A stretch of 64,000 nucleotides of DNA, taken from the NCBI GenBank assembly GCA_964304625.1, contig OZ199840.1, positions 7,477,168 through 7,541,167 of the forward strand, read 5' to 3'. Made by a program: the position numbers and the translations under genes. Numbering within the stretch: position 1 is the first letter of the stretch; each line of letters opens with the position of its first letter. The DNA is from Kudoa neothunni (taxonomy: Eukaryota; Animalia; Cnidaria). The notes under the pieces were generated by a model. It was given only the letters and a program-made list of their open reading frames with translations, was not told the origin of the DNA and made no database searches. Shown piece after piece: positions 24,312 through 38,500 of this stretch.

Positions 24312-24799
24312 CTATTATGTATTAATATAAAATCTTAAAACTTAATTATTCGAAAAGTCCAAAAATTTCTGAATCATGAATAAAGGTATGAATAAAAACT
24401 TACAATGTTGTTTACTAATATTGAAGAAAAAGATGAAATATAATTATCGGATTCAACTTATTAAGCTTTTGTCAAATTTTTGAAAATTTATACCTAATGA
24501 ATCTAAAATAATCATAACGAAAACATTTTTTTTCCATTTTTGACTAATGAAATATTCTATCGTAAATAATTTAAAAACATAATACACGAAAATACAGATA
24601 TTTAATATTTTATTAACATGCTATGTTGTTAATTTTACCCTTAGCTGTGATACAACGAATTCTTCGGCCGAAAATAATAGTTTTGTTTAATCTAACGATA
24701 TTTAAGAAATGTTCCGATATATCCATAAACTTATGATAAATTATTCAAATAATGCAATATAAATCCTTATTTTTTCAATGTGATTAAAAATTGTTGGAT

Positions 24800-25650
24800 T
24801 TTAACTATAATAATTGGATGGAAGCTAGATTGAGGTAGGCCATCTGACTGATTGCATATATCTCGCGCCGCTCACGCTCAAATCTTGATTTAGAAACATC
24901 GGGTATCTATTAAATTTGTCCATAACGGTACGTAAAATTACAGTTGGTGGAATTATGAAAGAGGCCCACTACAACCTTAGATTTACTTTTCCAATTCCTG
25001 AAAGATGGAATTGTGAAACGATAATGGAAAGTAAGTAGAAATATTCCAATAAATTTAGAAAGCTAAAATTAGACAACATCAATAAAAAATTGGCATTTTT
25101 GGATGAGATTAGATTTTTTATTGTGATCAGACTAAAATGAGGCTGTACAGCAAGTAGTGTTTCCCTATTTGTGTCTGTTTCTGTAGTAAGTGGCGTGAAT
25201 TGCTCTGTTGTAATCTCTATGAATAAACACGACATGATGTTCCATAAAGTCTACGATAAAACTGTTAATGGAGAAGATTTAAACATCTATCCAACTAAAT
25301 TTAAAAATTTTTGCTCTTCAATAAATCTTGACGAAGCCATTTTTATCTTAGGCAGCGCTATGATCCATTGTTACAATGGTTTAAATTTTAATCGATGTCA
25401 TTGATGCTCTCAATCTTGAGTTATTTTTTCTCCTGCCTTATTCCCCTTTTCTAAATCAAAAAGAAAATATCCTTTCGGTTCGGGAACATCTCATAAGTAG
25501 TTCAGAAATTAAAAATTAAGAGGAATTGAATGAAATTATTGAACCTAAATTTGACTCCATAACTAACACTCATTGCAATGGGGTTTTTCGCAAAATTCAG
25601 AAATATATACAAAAAATTGAAAAAAGAAAAAACTATATATCAATGAAATT
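24800..25650 (+). pseudogene. Tc1/IS630-like transposase relic
   Basis: AFLDE.., SVVISMNKHDMMFHKVYDKTVNGED, IFILGSAMIHCY and PYSPFLN. Homologous to the 46-47 kb element. Confidence 0.75.
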
Positions 25651-26342
25651 TATCATGAATATGTCGTATGATTTTGCATGGTTGAATATTTGTAATCCCT
25701 TGTTTAATGGTATATTTAGCTCGCTCTGAGTTTTTGGACGCCTCCACAACAAAAAATCTTATTAAATCCGCGTCTAAGAATTTTTAACGGAGAAATCTTT
25801 TAGTAAACAATAAACAATCTATTATTAGTGGATTAAAATGAGTTAATTTGTTCAGTTATTTTCCACAGTAATGCGCTCGGGTTTTTGTAAAAATCCCCAA
25901 ATTAAATGTGTATTTAAATTTAGTGTTAAAGAATTACATTTTTGTTCGATATCCTTAAAAATATTCTAACAAAATTCTCCTACGTTTTTTGTGTGGAAAA
26001 TGCATTCAATAATATGGCTACCTATTGGGGTTTATAATGAAATCGCATTCGATGCGTGAAAATAAAGGCATCATATTACACCAAAAATTAATTAAAGGTT
26101 AAAACTTGTGTGAGCTCAGTTTCGTTTTGATCAGGAAACCTTACATCTTAATCTATAATAAGAGGTGTGGGACGAGTAAAACGATCGGAAAAATATCGAT
26201 TCAACCGATTTTAACAAAAATACCATTAGATTTTTTTATTTACAAATTAAAAAAATTGGATCAAATGCATGATAAAAGTAGTTTAATTAATTAATGTTTC
26301 TCTTAAATACTCTACAAGACAGTTAAAATTTAAGCCGAGTGT

Positions 26343-28542
26343 TTATTTTTGACACTGGGAGGAAAAAAATCTTGGAATAATCCTGTCGATTCCACTAGCA
26401 TTCTAAAGTGATTATTAGCATTAGGAAATTAATATTTTCGAATACCGCTGGCAATGGGCAGTTTCGTACAGCAAACCATTCGGCAAAATAGAAAGACAAC
26501 AATAAGCTATTGCCTAACATGAAAGAAGTCCAAAGGTAGATATTCCAATTGTTCAAAGTTTTTCCGTTTGTGTTGGAGGGTCGGACAAATTTTACAATCA
26601 CTATAAATGGTGTAATTATTTTAATTATGATTGTTTAGTTAATGAGATTTCACGTACGTCCTACAACACCGAACTGCACGAGGAAACCAGGACAAAACGA
26701 TCTTATCACCATCACCATAATGTACTCGTGGATAATGGCTGATACATTTATAACTACAAATGAGCCAATAATTCCTGATATCTTTGGACTAAGCTGTCTT
26801 TTGATGTCGTTGAAAATGTAGCTTCGTAGCCAATCATGAACAATAATATTCCATTTTTTGTAATAGTCAGCGTAACTGTTGGAGTTCCACCAATCCTAAA
26901 TCATAAAAGGTTGACTTTTTCAGTCTTAAACACGCAATATTTTGTACTTGATAGAACATTCGATCTCCAAATTTTAACATTTCTGCCCAAGCGTTGAGCC
27001 AACAATGTAAAAATCCAAAAAACATGCAATTCATAAATAGCGTCGAAGGGAGTACGCCTTCGAGCACGATAGTGAAGAACTTTCTGGAAAAATAAATCGA
27101 TCACTTTTTATGTCAAGCAATAATATTTATACAGATAGGAAAATTTAACAAGACCAAAGTTTTGGAACGTTGGCCTATAGAAGTGTTCCAGCAATATGAG
27201 AGTTGAGGCCACACACATCAAAGACCCCAACAAATTCATTACAACAAACGTCCAATCAGTTGATTTTCGTCTGTTATGAAATAATGAGGACGTGAAAAAA
27301 ATCAAAATGATGTTTTACTTTGGATATTTATCACGATAAACCAATGTAGGTGCGAACAGAAAATAGAGAAATTGGGAAAATGAGGGGAAATCATTACAAC
27401 CCGTTCCATTAGCTACATACACCAACAACCTCAATATCGATTTCTGAAACCTATTACAAGATATTACTTGCATGATTTTTTATAGCTTTCTTAACATTTT
27501 CACGGAGAAACGCCCATAGTTTCATTATTAATCTGATCTAGAGCGAGCGATCGAAATTATCATAAAAATTCTCATTATACGCGAGATCGAACTACTTGTT
27601 CACACGTGATAGCCATCGTAGATATTATACTATCACCAAAGTAGCCAATAGTGGTAATTGATATCCACAGAAAAATTCCCACAAAGAGAGCTAATATTTG
27701 AATCCACACGCCATAAAATAAATAACGATTTATATAAGGTTTGCACTTATAGAATTGGTAAAAGAGCGGATAGATAAAGCACATTAAACAAATTTGTTTG
27801 CCTACTGAGGCTAATAAAAGGGGCATTTCGGCCAAAAAATCAAGGAAATTTTCCGCTAGAGGTATATCTCTAACATAATAGCATTGTAAATTATGAGAAA
27901 ATAATATCGGCGCGATAAAGGTAATTTAATCACCTGTTTTCCAAATTAACAAAGCATTTGAAAAGGTTGTTGCATATGGAAAGAAATAACCCTGATATGA
28001 AAATATTGTATATAGTTGCGAAATTCTGGTCGTTAAATAAATGACTAAATAAATATAGTTAAGTTCAAAATAATTGAATCATTATCGAAATTCAAATTGA
28101 GGAAATTATACGTTAGGTAGGAATCTCTGTTTTTCAAGATTTTAGACCCAGTGTTATAATCATAATGGCTAAATGGATGATATATCACGGAATTCACGGA
28201 TTCTGAAGGCTTTAAGTAATTGATACTTTCTGAATATTTTATTGAGTTCATTGTTATAAGTCGATTCTTGGCTTGATTTCAAAGTACATAGATCGTCCAG
28301 TTTTTCGTTCAAGGTGTTAAGTATATCGAATTTCTTATCCTTATTTTTCGACCTTAGACGTTAAACAATAAAATTAACTACTTTCAAAGGACCTTCCACA
28401 AGCAAAGAATAAAATTCTTGACTTTTCTCGTTTTCACTCTTGGTTTCGTTAAGAGAAAGCTACATCGTAATATTATTAGTTGGTGATAATATTTCGTAAA
28501 ATTCTTTTAATTTTGGTAGATGTTACATACCTGGCTCGTCAT
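26343..28542 (-). CDS. SOAT1: Sterol O-acyltransferase (ACAT, MBOAT family), multi-exon
   Basis: [80 protein letters not shown] (catalytic His) and [15 protein letters not shown]. The start and last-exon boundaries are inferred. Confidence 0.93.
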
Positions 28543-31228
28543 TATTCCTAGAGTGAAAATCGGATCTAATTATTAAATAGGTTAAATGTTGAAGTGTTTA
28601 CGAATCAGCGTGTTCAGTTTAATGAGAATTCACGCACTATATTATTAGATTTCTATTTTGAGCAACTACTTTGGTTATTAACAATCAAATATATCCGCGC
28701 TATCTCATGTTTGGAGCATTTAATTGTAGCAACTATCAATAATCCTACACTATAATACCATGGGATTAAACGGGAATAAATGAATACATGGTTTAACATC
28801 AAGTATATAACCATCTTCAAACTCACGATATGTTCAGAGAATTTTAGTTAACGTTATATTGGATCGAAATATAGTTCTCAAGCGTCGATAAATCTAGTTG
28901 TTAAGTAGAGATGACTCGTAAGTGTATAATCCTATTTAAGGTCTTATCTATATATTTCTATAAACTAGATAGTTTATTCACATAATGAAGCCCTTTTTTA
29001 TAGTTCGACCACGTTACATCTATTTTAGATTTACTTAAATGTACGCCTGACAAAGGTGTTATTGTACTATTACTCGGAACAATTAAAAGTAAGTCATAAA
29101 TTTTCCCATTGGTAATCAATACTCTTCATTATTATTTTTTAATTCATTTTACGTTTTAAACTTGTTGATTAGATCTTAATTTCATTAACTTCTAATGTCA
29201 TAAATAATTTTGAGCTTGTTCAAAAATTATTATATAGTGTGTTTATATTATTCAACCAATTTTTACAACAGCATTTATTACAATGTAAATACACGCTCAA
29301 ATGAAATTTTGTCAAATCTGGAACACAACATTAAATCAATACAAAGATTATATTGATCAACTAGCTTCAAATCTTATCTACAATCAGGGAAAGCACCTAA
29401 TATTATTTTTACAAAGAGAAATTAATTCTCGGAAAACTATTATCTAAGGCGGGCCATTGTTTTAGTTATCACTAAAGAAACTGTTGTTAGTTTCAAATCC
29501 TAATAATTACGGTGCAAAATTCTTGTTTATCGTCTAGTTATATAAAATTAAATGCTTTATTTTGGCTAATATATAAGATTAATTATTATTGCTCCTTTGT
29601 AAGATGAATTAGTGAAAAGTTGTCGTTGATCGTTAAGTTAATCTTTACGCCAAAATGAAACTACCTTCCACATACCGACCAAAAATGGTAAATTTATAAG
29701 TTGGGCCTGGTGAGCATTCGAAACCATCATGATTTTAGGTTGAGGATGAATATGAGGGCGATTTGAATGTGTCCGCTGAACACAAGTCCTATAGGAACGA
29801 TAAAAATATCAAGTTCAGGTTAATAGCTCACAAGCAAATTCTCGCTGAGTAGCCACATTAACAATTGTGGGTATTATATAACCTATTCCGATGCTAGAAT
29901 AAAGCAAATTTGTGATCGCGTTTGCATAAAAATGGACGCAAATGCAATGAATGTGTTTGTATGTTTGATGAAGGGCGGCGCCATATTTTTCAGTTACTTT
30001 ATCCATCAAATGGAAGAAATCAACTGTTCGAATCTTAATACGATGATTTACTATTTGATTTCAGCTTTTAGAAAACAAATCGCTATAGATTATCTACGAA
30101 TTAAAACCTACAATGTACTTTTAAAAATTTATTTCTTCCCACGAATTTCCTTCATTAGGGTCAAAATAAACAGTCTGATCCCAAAATAATGGTCAATGAA
30201 GATGATTTTATCGACGTCAAAGGAAAGAACGTGTTTATTGTTGATGTATATTCCAGAAATTTTGTGTGAACATTTTTACATGAATTTCCATTGATTTAAT
30301 TGGATTAATATACTGTTTTTTTAAATAACGGCTGTTGTGTAGGAGATAATCGATAGCGGAAGCTCCATGACCAGAGCTGTAGAATGGCTCAAGACTAAGA
30401 AACCCAAAGCAATCACTACCATTACGTATCATCACCATTCTTTTCTCCGCATCGATATCTAATAATATCTCTAGATTGTTGATGAAAAGAAATCCAAAAA
30501 ATGATTTAATTTTCCCCGATTGTAATGCTTTTTTTTACTGTGTTGAATCATCATCGCTCTTAGTCTGTGCCTTTGAGATTCCAAACTTATGGGTGGTTGG
30601 CTTTGGCTGTGTATGCTCTATTTTTTATTGTCCCCATAAATTGTTTTGATATAGGATATGAATGGACATTATCGTAATCTTAAGGTAGCGCATTATTATG
30701 TCACTGTTGTTATAGTTTGGTTTTTCGTAAATAGGACATCTATGTTCTTTCAGATGCTGGAAAGGAACTCGAGAAATTATAATTTTGAACACAAAATAAT
30801 TCATTAAAGTTATTTTATACACCTTCTTTTGTTTTTCTAATTTTGTTTGGATATAAGATATTCTGTCAACTTTTTCATAAAAAATTTTAAAACGATGGCT
30901 AGAAATTACAGAATCCAATCTATTTGAGATATTTTTAAGAGTTCTAAAATCTGAGTATTGTTTGTGCGTTGCTAAACTTGAGTTGTACTAAATTATTCAA
31001 GATATTTTTATTGAATAAGTAAAATCACAAGAAATTTTATGGATTTTTCTAAAGTATTTAGGTTTTATGTGTTGAATTGTCTTTCTTTAAACCTGTCAAT
31101 CGGTTAAAATTCGAAATTTTTCTCACTTTTTGCTTAAAAATAACTTCGAAAGACAATTTTTCATTCACATCAAATATGACGTAAAAATAAATGTGTGAGG
31201 CTGAAGGTAATGGAAAATAAAATAATAA

Positions 31229-31535
31229 GGAACAGACTTTTGGCATGACAAATTTTAATCCTAGACTTTCAGATACGTTTGCGCAATGAAAATTTTTAAT
31301 CCCAGAAACTCTTATTTGCTACCTATACATAGATTTAATTTTTTCAAATATGCTATATTTAATTATGTCTGGCTCACCGTTTCACTTTTTGTGGAAGAAA
31401 TAATTATATACAGTATATTTGAAAAAACTAAATGTATATAAGTAGCAAATAAGAGCTTATGGGATTAAAAATTTCCATTGCGCAAACGTATCTGAAAGTT
31501 TAGGATTAAAATTTGTCGTGCCAATAGCCTCTGCC
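31229..31535. mobile_element. Fold-back (long-TIR) member of MITE family A (307 bp)
   Basis: About 135-bp inverted arms (31229-31366 vs 31400-31535), highly similar, with a spacer of about 33 bp. Same GGCAGAGGCTATTGGCAC terminus as family A; no clear TSD. Confidence 0.85.
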
Positions 31536-32417
31536 TAATCTGTATACATTAGTAAAAAATGATAACTAAATGCAAGGAAGCCATATTTAAGACTGTTTCA
31601 CTTATCTGCGTCTTTCCATAATCCTGATAAGTCGTGGAACAAATCATTTGTGAAAATTTAAATTTGTTGTATTCTGAGAATCCTAGATGTCACGCGCCAG
31701 GACGAGAAAACAACAGTTAATATTTTTGCGATTTAATCTATTGTTAATTTTTAAGAGTATTTCTATTGAAAATGCATTAGTTCACTTATGTGGAGCAATC
31801 GAGTCGAAATTTTTGACTTATAAAGGAACCATTGAACATTGTCTGTGGACTTTTTTTAGTTCAGAGATAATAACATAACTCTTCCATTATATCCGTTTTT
31901 GAAAGAATAAAGTATTGAGTCGATTAACTACTTAATTATTTTTCAAAAATAATAATTCAATAATGAATTTAATAAAGGGATTAATAATTTTTTGGCCATT
32001 TTTTTAGAGGCTTATTTGTGTTACAACTCTTGACACAGTGTATGATCTTATTCTAACGTAACAATTCTAAAGTCACACAAAAGCATGCCAATATTAGGAT
32101 TTGAATATAATCTTGTAAGTGATAAATATCGAAGGATTCTTAATTGAAAACTTTAGGCGGTTAGTTTTAATCATTAAAATCATTCGTTAATTCCAACGAA
32201 TAGTCTAAATTTTTCTTATAGTATTCAGAAAAATCACCAACATTCGTATATTCCCAATAAATTAAGTTGAAGATTTAACATTAATATATAAATCTATTCT
32301 AGTTTAATTATGAAAGTGTAAAACACGATGGTGCTATTTGTCGGAAAATTCAGACGCAACAGGTAAATGAAGGCTGGTATGCGTGAGCAGCGACAGCGCC
32401 ATAAGCAGTGCAGGATA

Positions 32418-35338
32418 ATGGTAAACGATCAATATGACTGCACGACGCTTCCAGTATTTAAAATTTTATCCAATAATCCAATAATAAAAATTTCTGAAAA
32501 TATGGATATTGCTGTTGGCGATAAAGGGCTGCTGGTTGTGTTGTTGGTATGATCGCATGAGGTGTTTGAATTATTGATTGATTAAATCGATTAGAGAAAA
32601 GACAAGAACCAAATCTACAACACCTTAGAAATCAATATTGATTTTTGTTGCCAACAGCTGGATGTATGTGGGCCATTTAAACCCAATTATTCAGGCTATA
32701 ACGACATCAACTCACACAATGTTGGAGAAAATGCGTCTGAGGTTTGAAATAGGATTTAAAATCTCAAATAAATTTTAAATAGTTAAGCCGTGTGACTTTC
32801 GCCAATGTGTCCAATATGGTGAATGAGAGCAAGCCACGCTTCCTCACATTTATTCCCAGAGAAATAACCAACGCTGAAAAGTATTTATACAGTTTCACTT
32901 CTCTAGTTTTCTCATTAATCCTAAACTTTAGTTTGCTTATTATTGGATTTCGAACAGGCCATTGCGGTGTATTTAAATTGGATTCAAGTGCCACTCAATA
33001 CAGCTTAGTTATGGATGTTGTTGTGATGTTGGAACCTTATTTCACCAATAATAAGGTGTTGTTAAATAGAGGAGGCAATTCCAAAGCTCAAATTTCTAGT
33101 CATGTATCAATTGAGGACATAAAATTTGCTGGCAATTCAATAAATCTGCAAGAAACTTCTGATCATAATTGCTCGTTTGATGATGACGATCACACAACAG
33201 ATGACAATTACAAATCTGAATATTTTTCTGCACAAAATTTTGTACTAGGTTGTGTATTTTTAAAGAGAACAAGCTATATTGCTGATTCCATTGAGTAAAT
33301 TGTAGTAGTTCGTTTTCTAATGTTGAAATATTATTCTTTTTAGAACAAGCTACATTGTATTGTTTGTAAGATTTGGCCAGGAAAATATCCAAATATTGGG
33401 TGAAGTATCTGTAGACCATCAACTCAATCGCTCTTTCGATCTAGCCAAATGCCTGTTTGAACAAATAGACGAGTTTAAATATGTATTTGTATTATTTTTT
33501 GCTATATGCAATTACTGGTTATTTTTTAGTTGGCATATTGCTGTTACAGTGACACTTCTATGGATCTTATTGTTTTCAACCTCAAAAACTTTTACTCAAC
33601 CGAAGGAAACACTGCTTTTACTATTCCAATGGATCAAAATGTATCCTCCACCGGAGAAATAAAACATTTGATTCACGTATGAAATATCTTGGTTGTTTGT
33701 TTAACGAATCACACAATAAAAATTTAAAATAGTTGAACAATGTCAATGATGGCTCAAGCCTAAGTTGCACTACGGTCATAGCTCAGTCATTCAATGTGAC
33801 ATTTGTCGAATGGTGTTTGAAAAAATGCAAAAACTCAGCCCAAGTCCCAACCTTCGCCGTCAAAAATATCAATAACCTTAACATTGATGGGCTAACTGGC
33901 TTGAAATCATTCTTCAAAATTAACAATCATAAATTTATTTACCTACTTGAACAGGGGGGATTATTTTGTATTGAAGCACCATCAATCAAAGAGATTGATA
34001 CGAAGATGTTACGTTTAAATATAAGTAAATGGAATATATTTACGTAGATACTATCTAATCATGATGACACATTGAGTAGATTACAATTTATTTCATCTTG
34101 AACAATCACCTTTTGGATGTTTTTTCATTGGTTTCTATCACATACCTCTTGCCAAGTGGTCTCGTAAAGGATTTGGGAAAGCAGCAGGATTTTTGGTGAT
34201 TATTTTCACGTAATTGAACAATTAATTCGTCATACTTTTATTTTTTAGGTTGAAATGGTTCCAAATCTGGAAATTAATGTTGGTAGTTGTTTCATGTTAT
34301 TAGTGAATTCGCAATTTTTTCTCCACGAATTCAAACAATTTATAAGTGTGTTTCACCAGAGCAATGCTTCCATTGATATTTGTGATCGATTGGTTTCAAT
34401 GCTGACCAATAACATTAAAAGTTAATTCCATCTTGTTTTGTTAAATGTTTGATTTAATGATCCAAAATTAAGAGCTCTATTCCTCCTGCCTGAAACCATC
34501 GCAATTATGCACATTAACAAATATTGAGGGATATTTGGAAGGGCTGAGAGTTGACACATTAGCATTAGGCAAGAGTTTTGTCACCGATCCCAAACCTCTT
34601 GATCATTTTAAATTTGTTCAGCGAATCGAAATACGTCTATTTTTGATGATGTGCATCTATGTGAAATCTCGTATTTTTGTAGCTGCTCAAACTGATGACA
34701 AAATTTTTTGTTTCAGGACATGTAAAGAATTTTTTCAACTACATCCATCAACTGTACAGCCAAACGTCTGCGAAAGATGAAACAGTAATGACTAGTTTAA
34801 GTGGGAGTCCCTTGTTTGTAAACTCTTTGAACTTATTTTCCGAGAACTGTAAACGTAATTTTTGAGGCTGCAAACGAAAAGTATCTAACTTTTCAATAGA
34901 GCTCAATATAGACGACAACGCGAATTGGAAAATATGTGAATACTGCATCAAAACAGAATGCTCGTTAAACCATTTTGACTGTAATAATTTTGCTTGTTCA
35001 GATGTTCGTCGACTTAATAATATATGTGTTTAGATAGTGAAAGAGACTTGATATCATTGACCGAAAGAACATGGCCATTCAATTCTGACATTGAATGCGA
35101 CTTATGTCTAGAGAAGATCTGTCTCACCAATCTACACTATGTTTATTGTGCTAATGGTCATCGAGTTAAACGTTGTCAGCTTTCCTACCAGATTATTCCC
35201 TCAGAGCAACCCCATCTCGAATGCATCAGTTGTAAAATGCCGTTTTCTAGTCGAGTGAAAAATTGGATTGAAACCAATTTCGGTCGTCTAGTTTGTATAT
35301 ATTGTTTGTCGATGCTTGAGCATCGTTCCTCCACATGA
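32418..35338 (+). CDS. GTF3C4: General transcription factor IIIC subunit 4 (TFIIIC90/delta)-like, multi-exon
   Basis: C-terminal zf-TFIIIC pattern ECDLC..YCANGHRVKRCQLSYQII..CISC..CIYC, preceded by beta-propeller-like exons (LLIIGFRTGHCGVF). Start (32367 or 32418) is uncertain. Confidence 0.75.
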
Positions 35339-35583
35339 CGATATGTTTCGCTCAATTGTTTTATTCAAACTCGTGTGCACAGCACAGTCTCTATGCTCAA
35401 TTCGATGGTGTAACTATTGTTTATCTCATTGTTCAAATAGCTTTAAGTATCATTTTATTCACAAATGGCATTCTTTATCTGCGTTGGCTGCTCAAAAAAA
35501 CAATCCTTTCAAATAATAGTTCCCGCGTTTCAATATTAATTACTAGTCAAAAGTTTGTTGTTTAAATTCATAATGGTCATTAA

Positions 35584-38500
35584 ACCTTTCAGGCCTGAAA
35601 ATCACGCAATACAAATGTTTTTTTAAGCAGCGAGGAATATTTAGGTTTATAAAAATAAAAAGTTAGTCGAAAATTTTGGGACTACTCAATGAGGAACCCT
35701 ATCAATTTAAATATTGCCGTACGGCAACGTTCGGAGACGCATTAATCCAAATGTTTATATGGCGCTTGTTCAAATAGAAAAGAATATTATATTGCAGGGT
35801 TGGCCAAATCATGGCTCGCGAGCCACATATGGTCCTTTGAAGTTATGATGTGGCTCTTGAAAAATTTTATTTTATATGAATTTTTTTTAATTCAACCAAC
35901 ACAATCCGGAAAAGTACAGCGTTTAAATTGTTTAATCAAATGAAGAATGAAATCTTTAATCGTTAATTAGATAATATTTTTGATTAGAAAACATAGGTAC
36001 AAAATACCTTATATTTTTAATATTTGATGAAAATCAGAATTATTACTAATTTCATTAGGAAATACAATTAGAACTAGTGTTAATCCATTATCAATGATAG
36101 ATATTGGAAGAATAAAACATTCACCAAAGCTTTAAACATGATTCATAATTCCAACTCATCAAGCGAATTGTGGAAATACGTTCTAGAAACTAAATATTCA
36201 AAATAAAAAGAAATTTTCTCAAACTTGTTTCTATCTTTGGAATAACTTATTGTTGTGAGTCTATTTATTCAACGATTAAGTTTGTAAAATCGAAGCATCG
36301 CCGATACCATCCTCACAAATAAACGCCTGATGGAACTAATTCGTACAGCGTAACAGCATACGAACCGGATTACCGTCAGTTCACTGATAATGCGGAAACA
36401 TAAAAGACTTGTAACATTAGAAACAATTTCTAAAAAAAAATCCGAAAGTATTAAATTATTGTGTTATTACTTTATTCGTAAATATTAAATTTGATTTTTC
36501 GCCATACTACCATACATGATTAAATGTGAAAAATATTTTATTTTTGCGACCCTTTTCATAGAGGAAAAGTTTCTTGAATCGTTAACTACTAATTTACTTT
36601 TCTGGAAATAGTATCATAAATTATAGTATTTCAAATTATATTTAAATTTTCCAGCGATTAACTGAATAAGAAAAAATTAAAAAATCTTCATTTATAATTC
36701 TAAAACATTTTATCTTATTATTTACCAAAAATTTTCCAATAATGTAAGTTTTAAATAAGGAAGAGGTACATAAATGATTTTAGCGCCTTGTGGCTTTTGA
36801 AAATTTGGGAAACCTTAAAGTTGGCTGCCGACCTAGGCAAGTCTGGCCACCCTGGTATATGCATTCCAATATAGTCTTTAATTTCCCTCCTTTTATTTCT
36901 TAATTTTTAATTATTTTCTATAGTATAATTATTATTGTCTTTGGAAATAAATTTCCATTATTTATTAGGGAACAATTGATTAAAATATTATTAAGTATCC
37001 GAAAACCCTTTGTCTGCAATTTTTTAGCTCATATAAAACACTAGTTAATGCAATTTTTACATTATTAGGCTGATAGCTTTTGTACTATTTTTACCCGAGA
37101 TGGCGTCTAAAACCTTATCATAATGTCAATTATTTCGTTTACAATCTAAAATATTTTTAGCGTATTTTATATCAAAATCATGGATTAATATAAAATCCTT
37201 AATAAATTTATCATCAATATTGATCTAAAATACTAGATCTGACATCTATCGTAAAAATGATCCCAAGACATCGTGTGCGCCGAATGTTGCCATATGGCAC
37301 CAAACATTAATTTAGTTTCTAAGCTCTCATTATAATAAATATTTGTATTTATACATTTTTATTATAGATAGACTACATTAATTTACAGCGTACATTTTTC
37401 CCCCTTTCGCGCCGAATGTCGCCATATGGCAACATTGGAGTGCTTTCATAATTTCTCAGTGAGTATTATATTTTACAGCTGAAATATTCCATAAAAAGTT
37501 AAATTAGTGATTATTAGTTTAACTACATTTAAAAAATATATATTATAAAATGGTACATCTTTTTCACAAAAATTTGTATAGAACATATAATCTTAAAGAA
37601 CTCTACTTTAGAGTAGTAGCCTAATGCTTGTTGCCATATGGCAAAATTCAACCCACGTACCGTTTTTCAGGGTCAACATTGCGATGGATGCAGATTTAGT
37701 GAAAAAGATCAATGTTGATGGTAAAATTGTTGAGGAATTAATATTACTCCCAGATGCTGATAAACCTGACGCCGAAAATATATCTGATAATGAAAGCAAC
37801 AACATACAGTGTGATTCGCTCTCAGATGCCAGCTCTGATAAAGAAGAATACAATAGTGATCGGCCTAATTACGTGAAAAACGCGTCAAATATAATTGAAT
37901 AAAGTTTTTTTTGTCAAGCATGGAATTTAAAATGGAACCAATTTTGGATCCTTATTTATATTTCAACAGATGGTTTACAGATGGATTGTTTGAATTTATA
38001 TGCAAAGAAACTAATAATTATGCCATAGAAAACAATTCAAATTTTAGAACTACAACAAACGAAACAAAATTATACGTTGGGATGCTTATACGTATGTCAA
38101 TAATAAAATTACCACGAATAAGAAACTATTGGTGTAATGAACTTAATTGTAGCTCGATATCAGAAAAAATGCCCAGAGATCGATTTGAGTCAATCCAAAG
38201 ATATATACATTTTTGCGATAATAATGAACTAGTGACCTCTAGAACCTGTAAAGAATACGACCGTTTCTTTAAAGTGAGACCCTTGCTAAATATGATATGG
38301 GAAGAATGCCTAAAAATTGGGCCCGAATACAACCAGTAACCAGTAAGTGGATGAGCAGATGATACCATTTAAAGGTAAGTTTGGTCTCAAGAGATACTTG
38401 CCCTCGAAATCTACAAAATATGGCCCTAAGATTTTCACTAGAAATGGCTTTGGTGGTATAGCGCACGGCTTCATTTTTGAAGATGGGGATTTTAAATACG

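Noticed and set aside
29700-30450. Gene or MULE transposase on the minus strand (..HIHCICVHFYAN..)
   Set aside because: Slight resemblance to the MULE CxxH region, but no consistent splice model or catalytic motif could be built.
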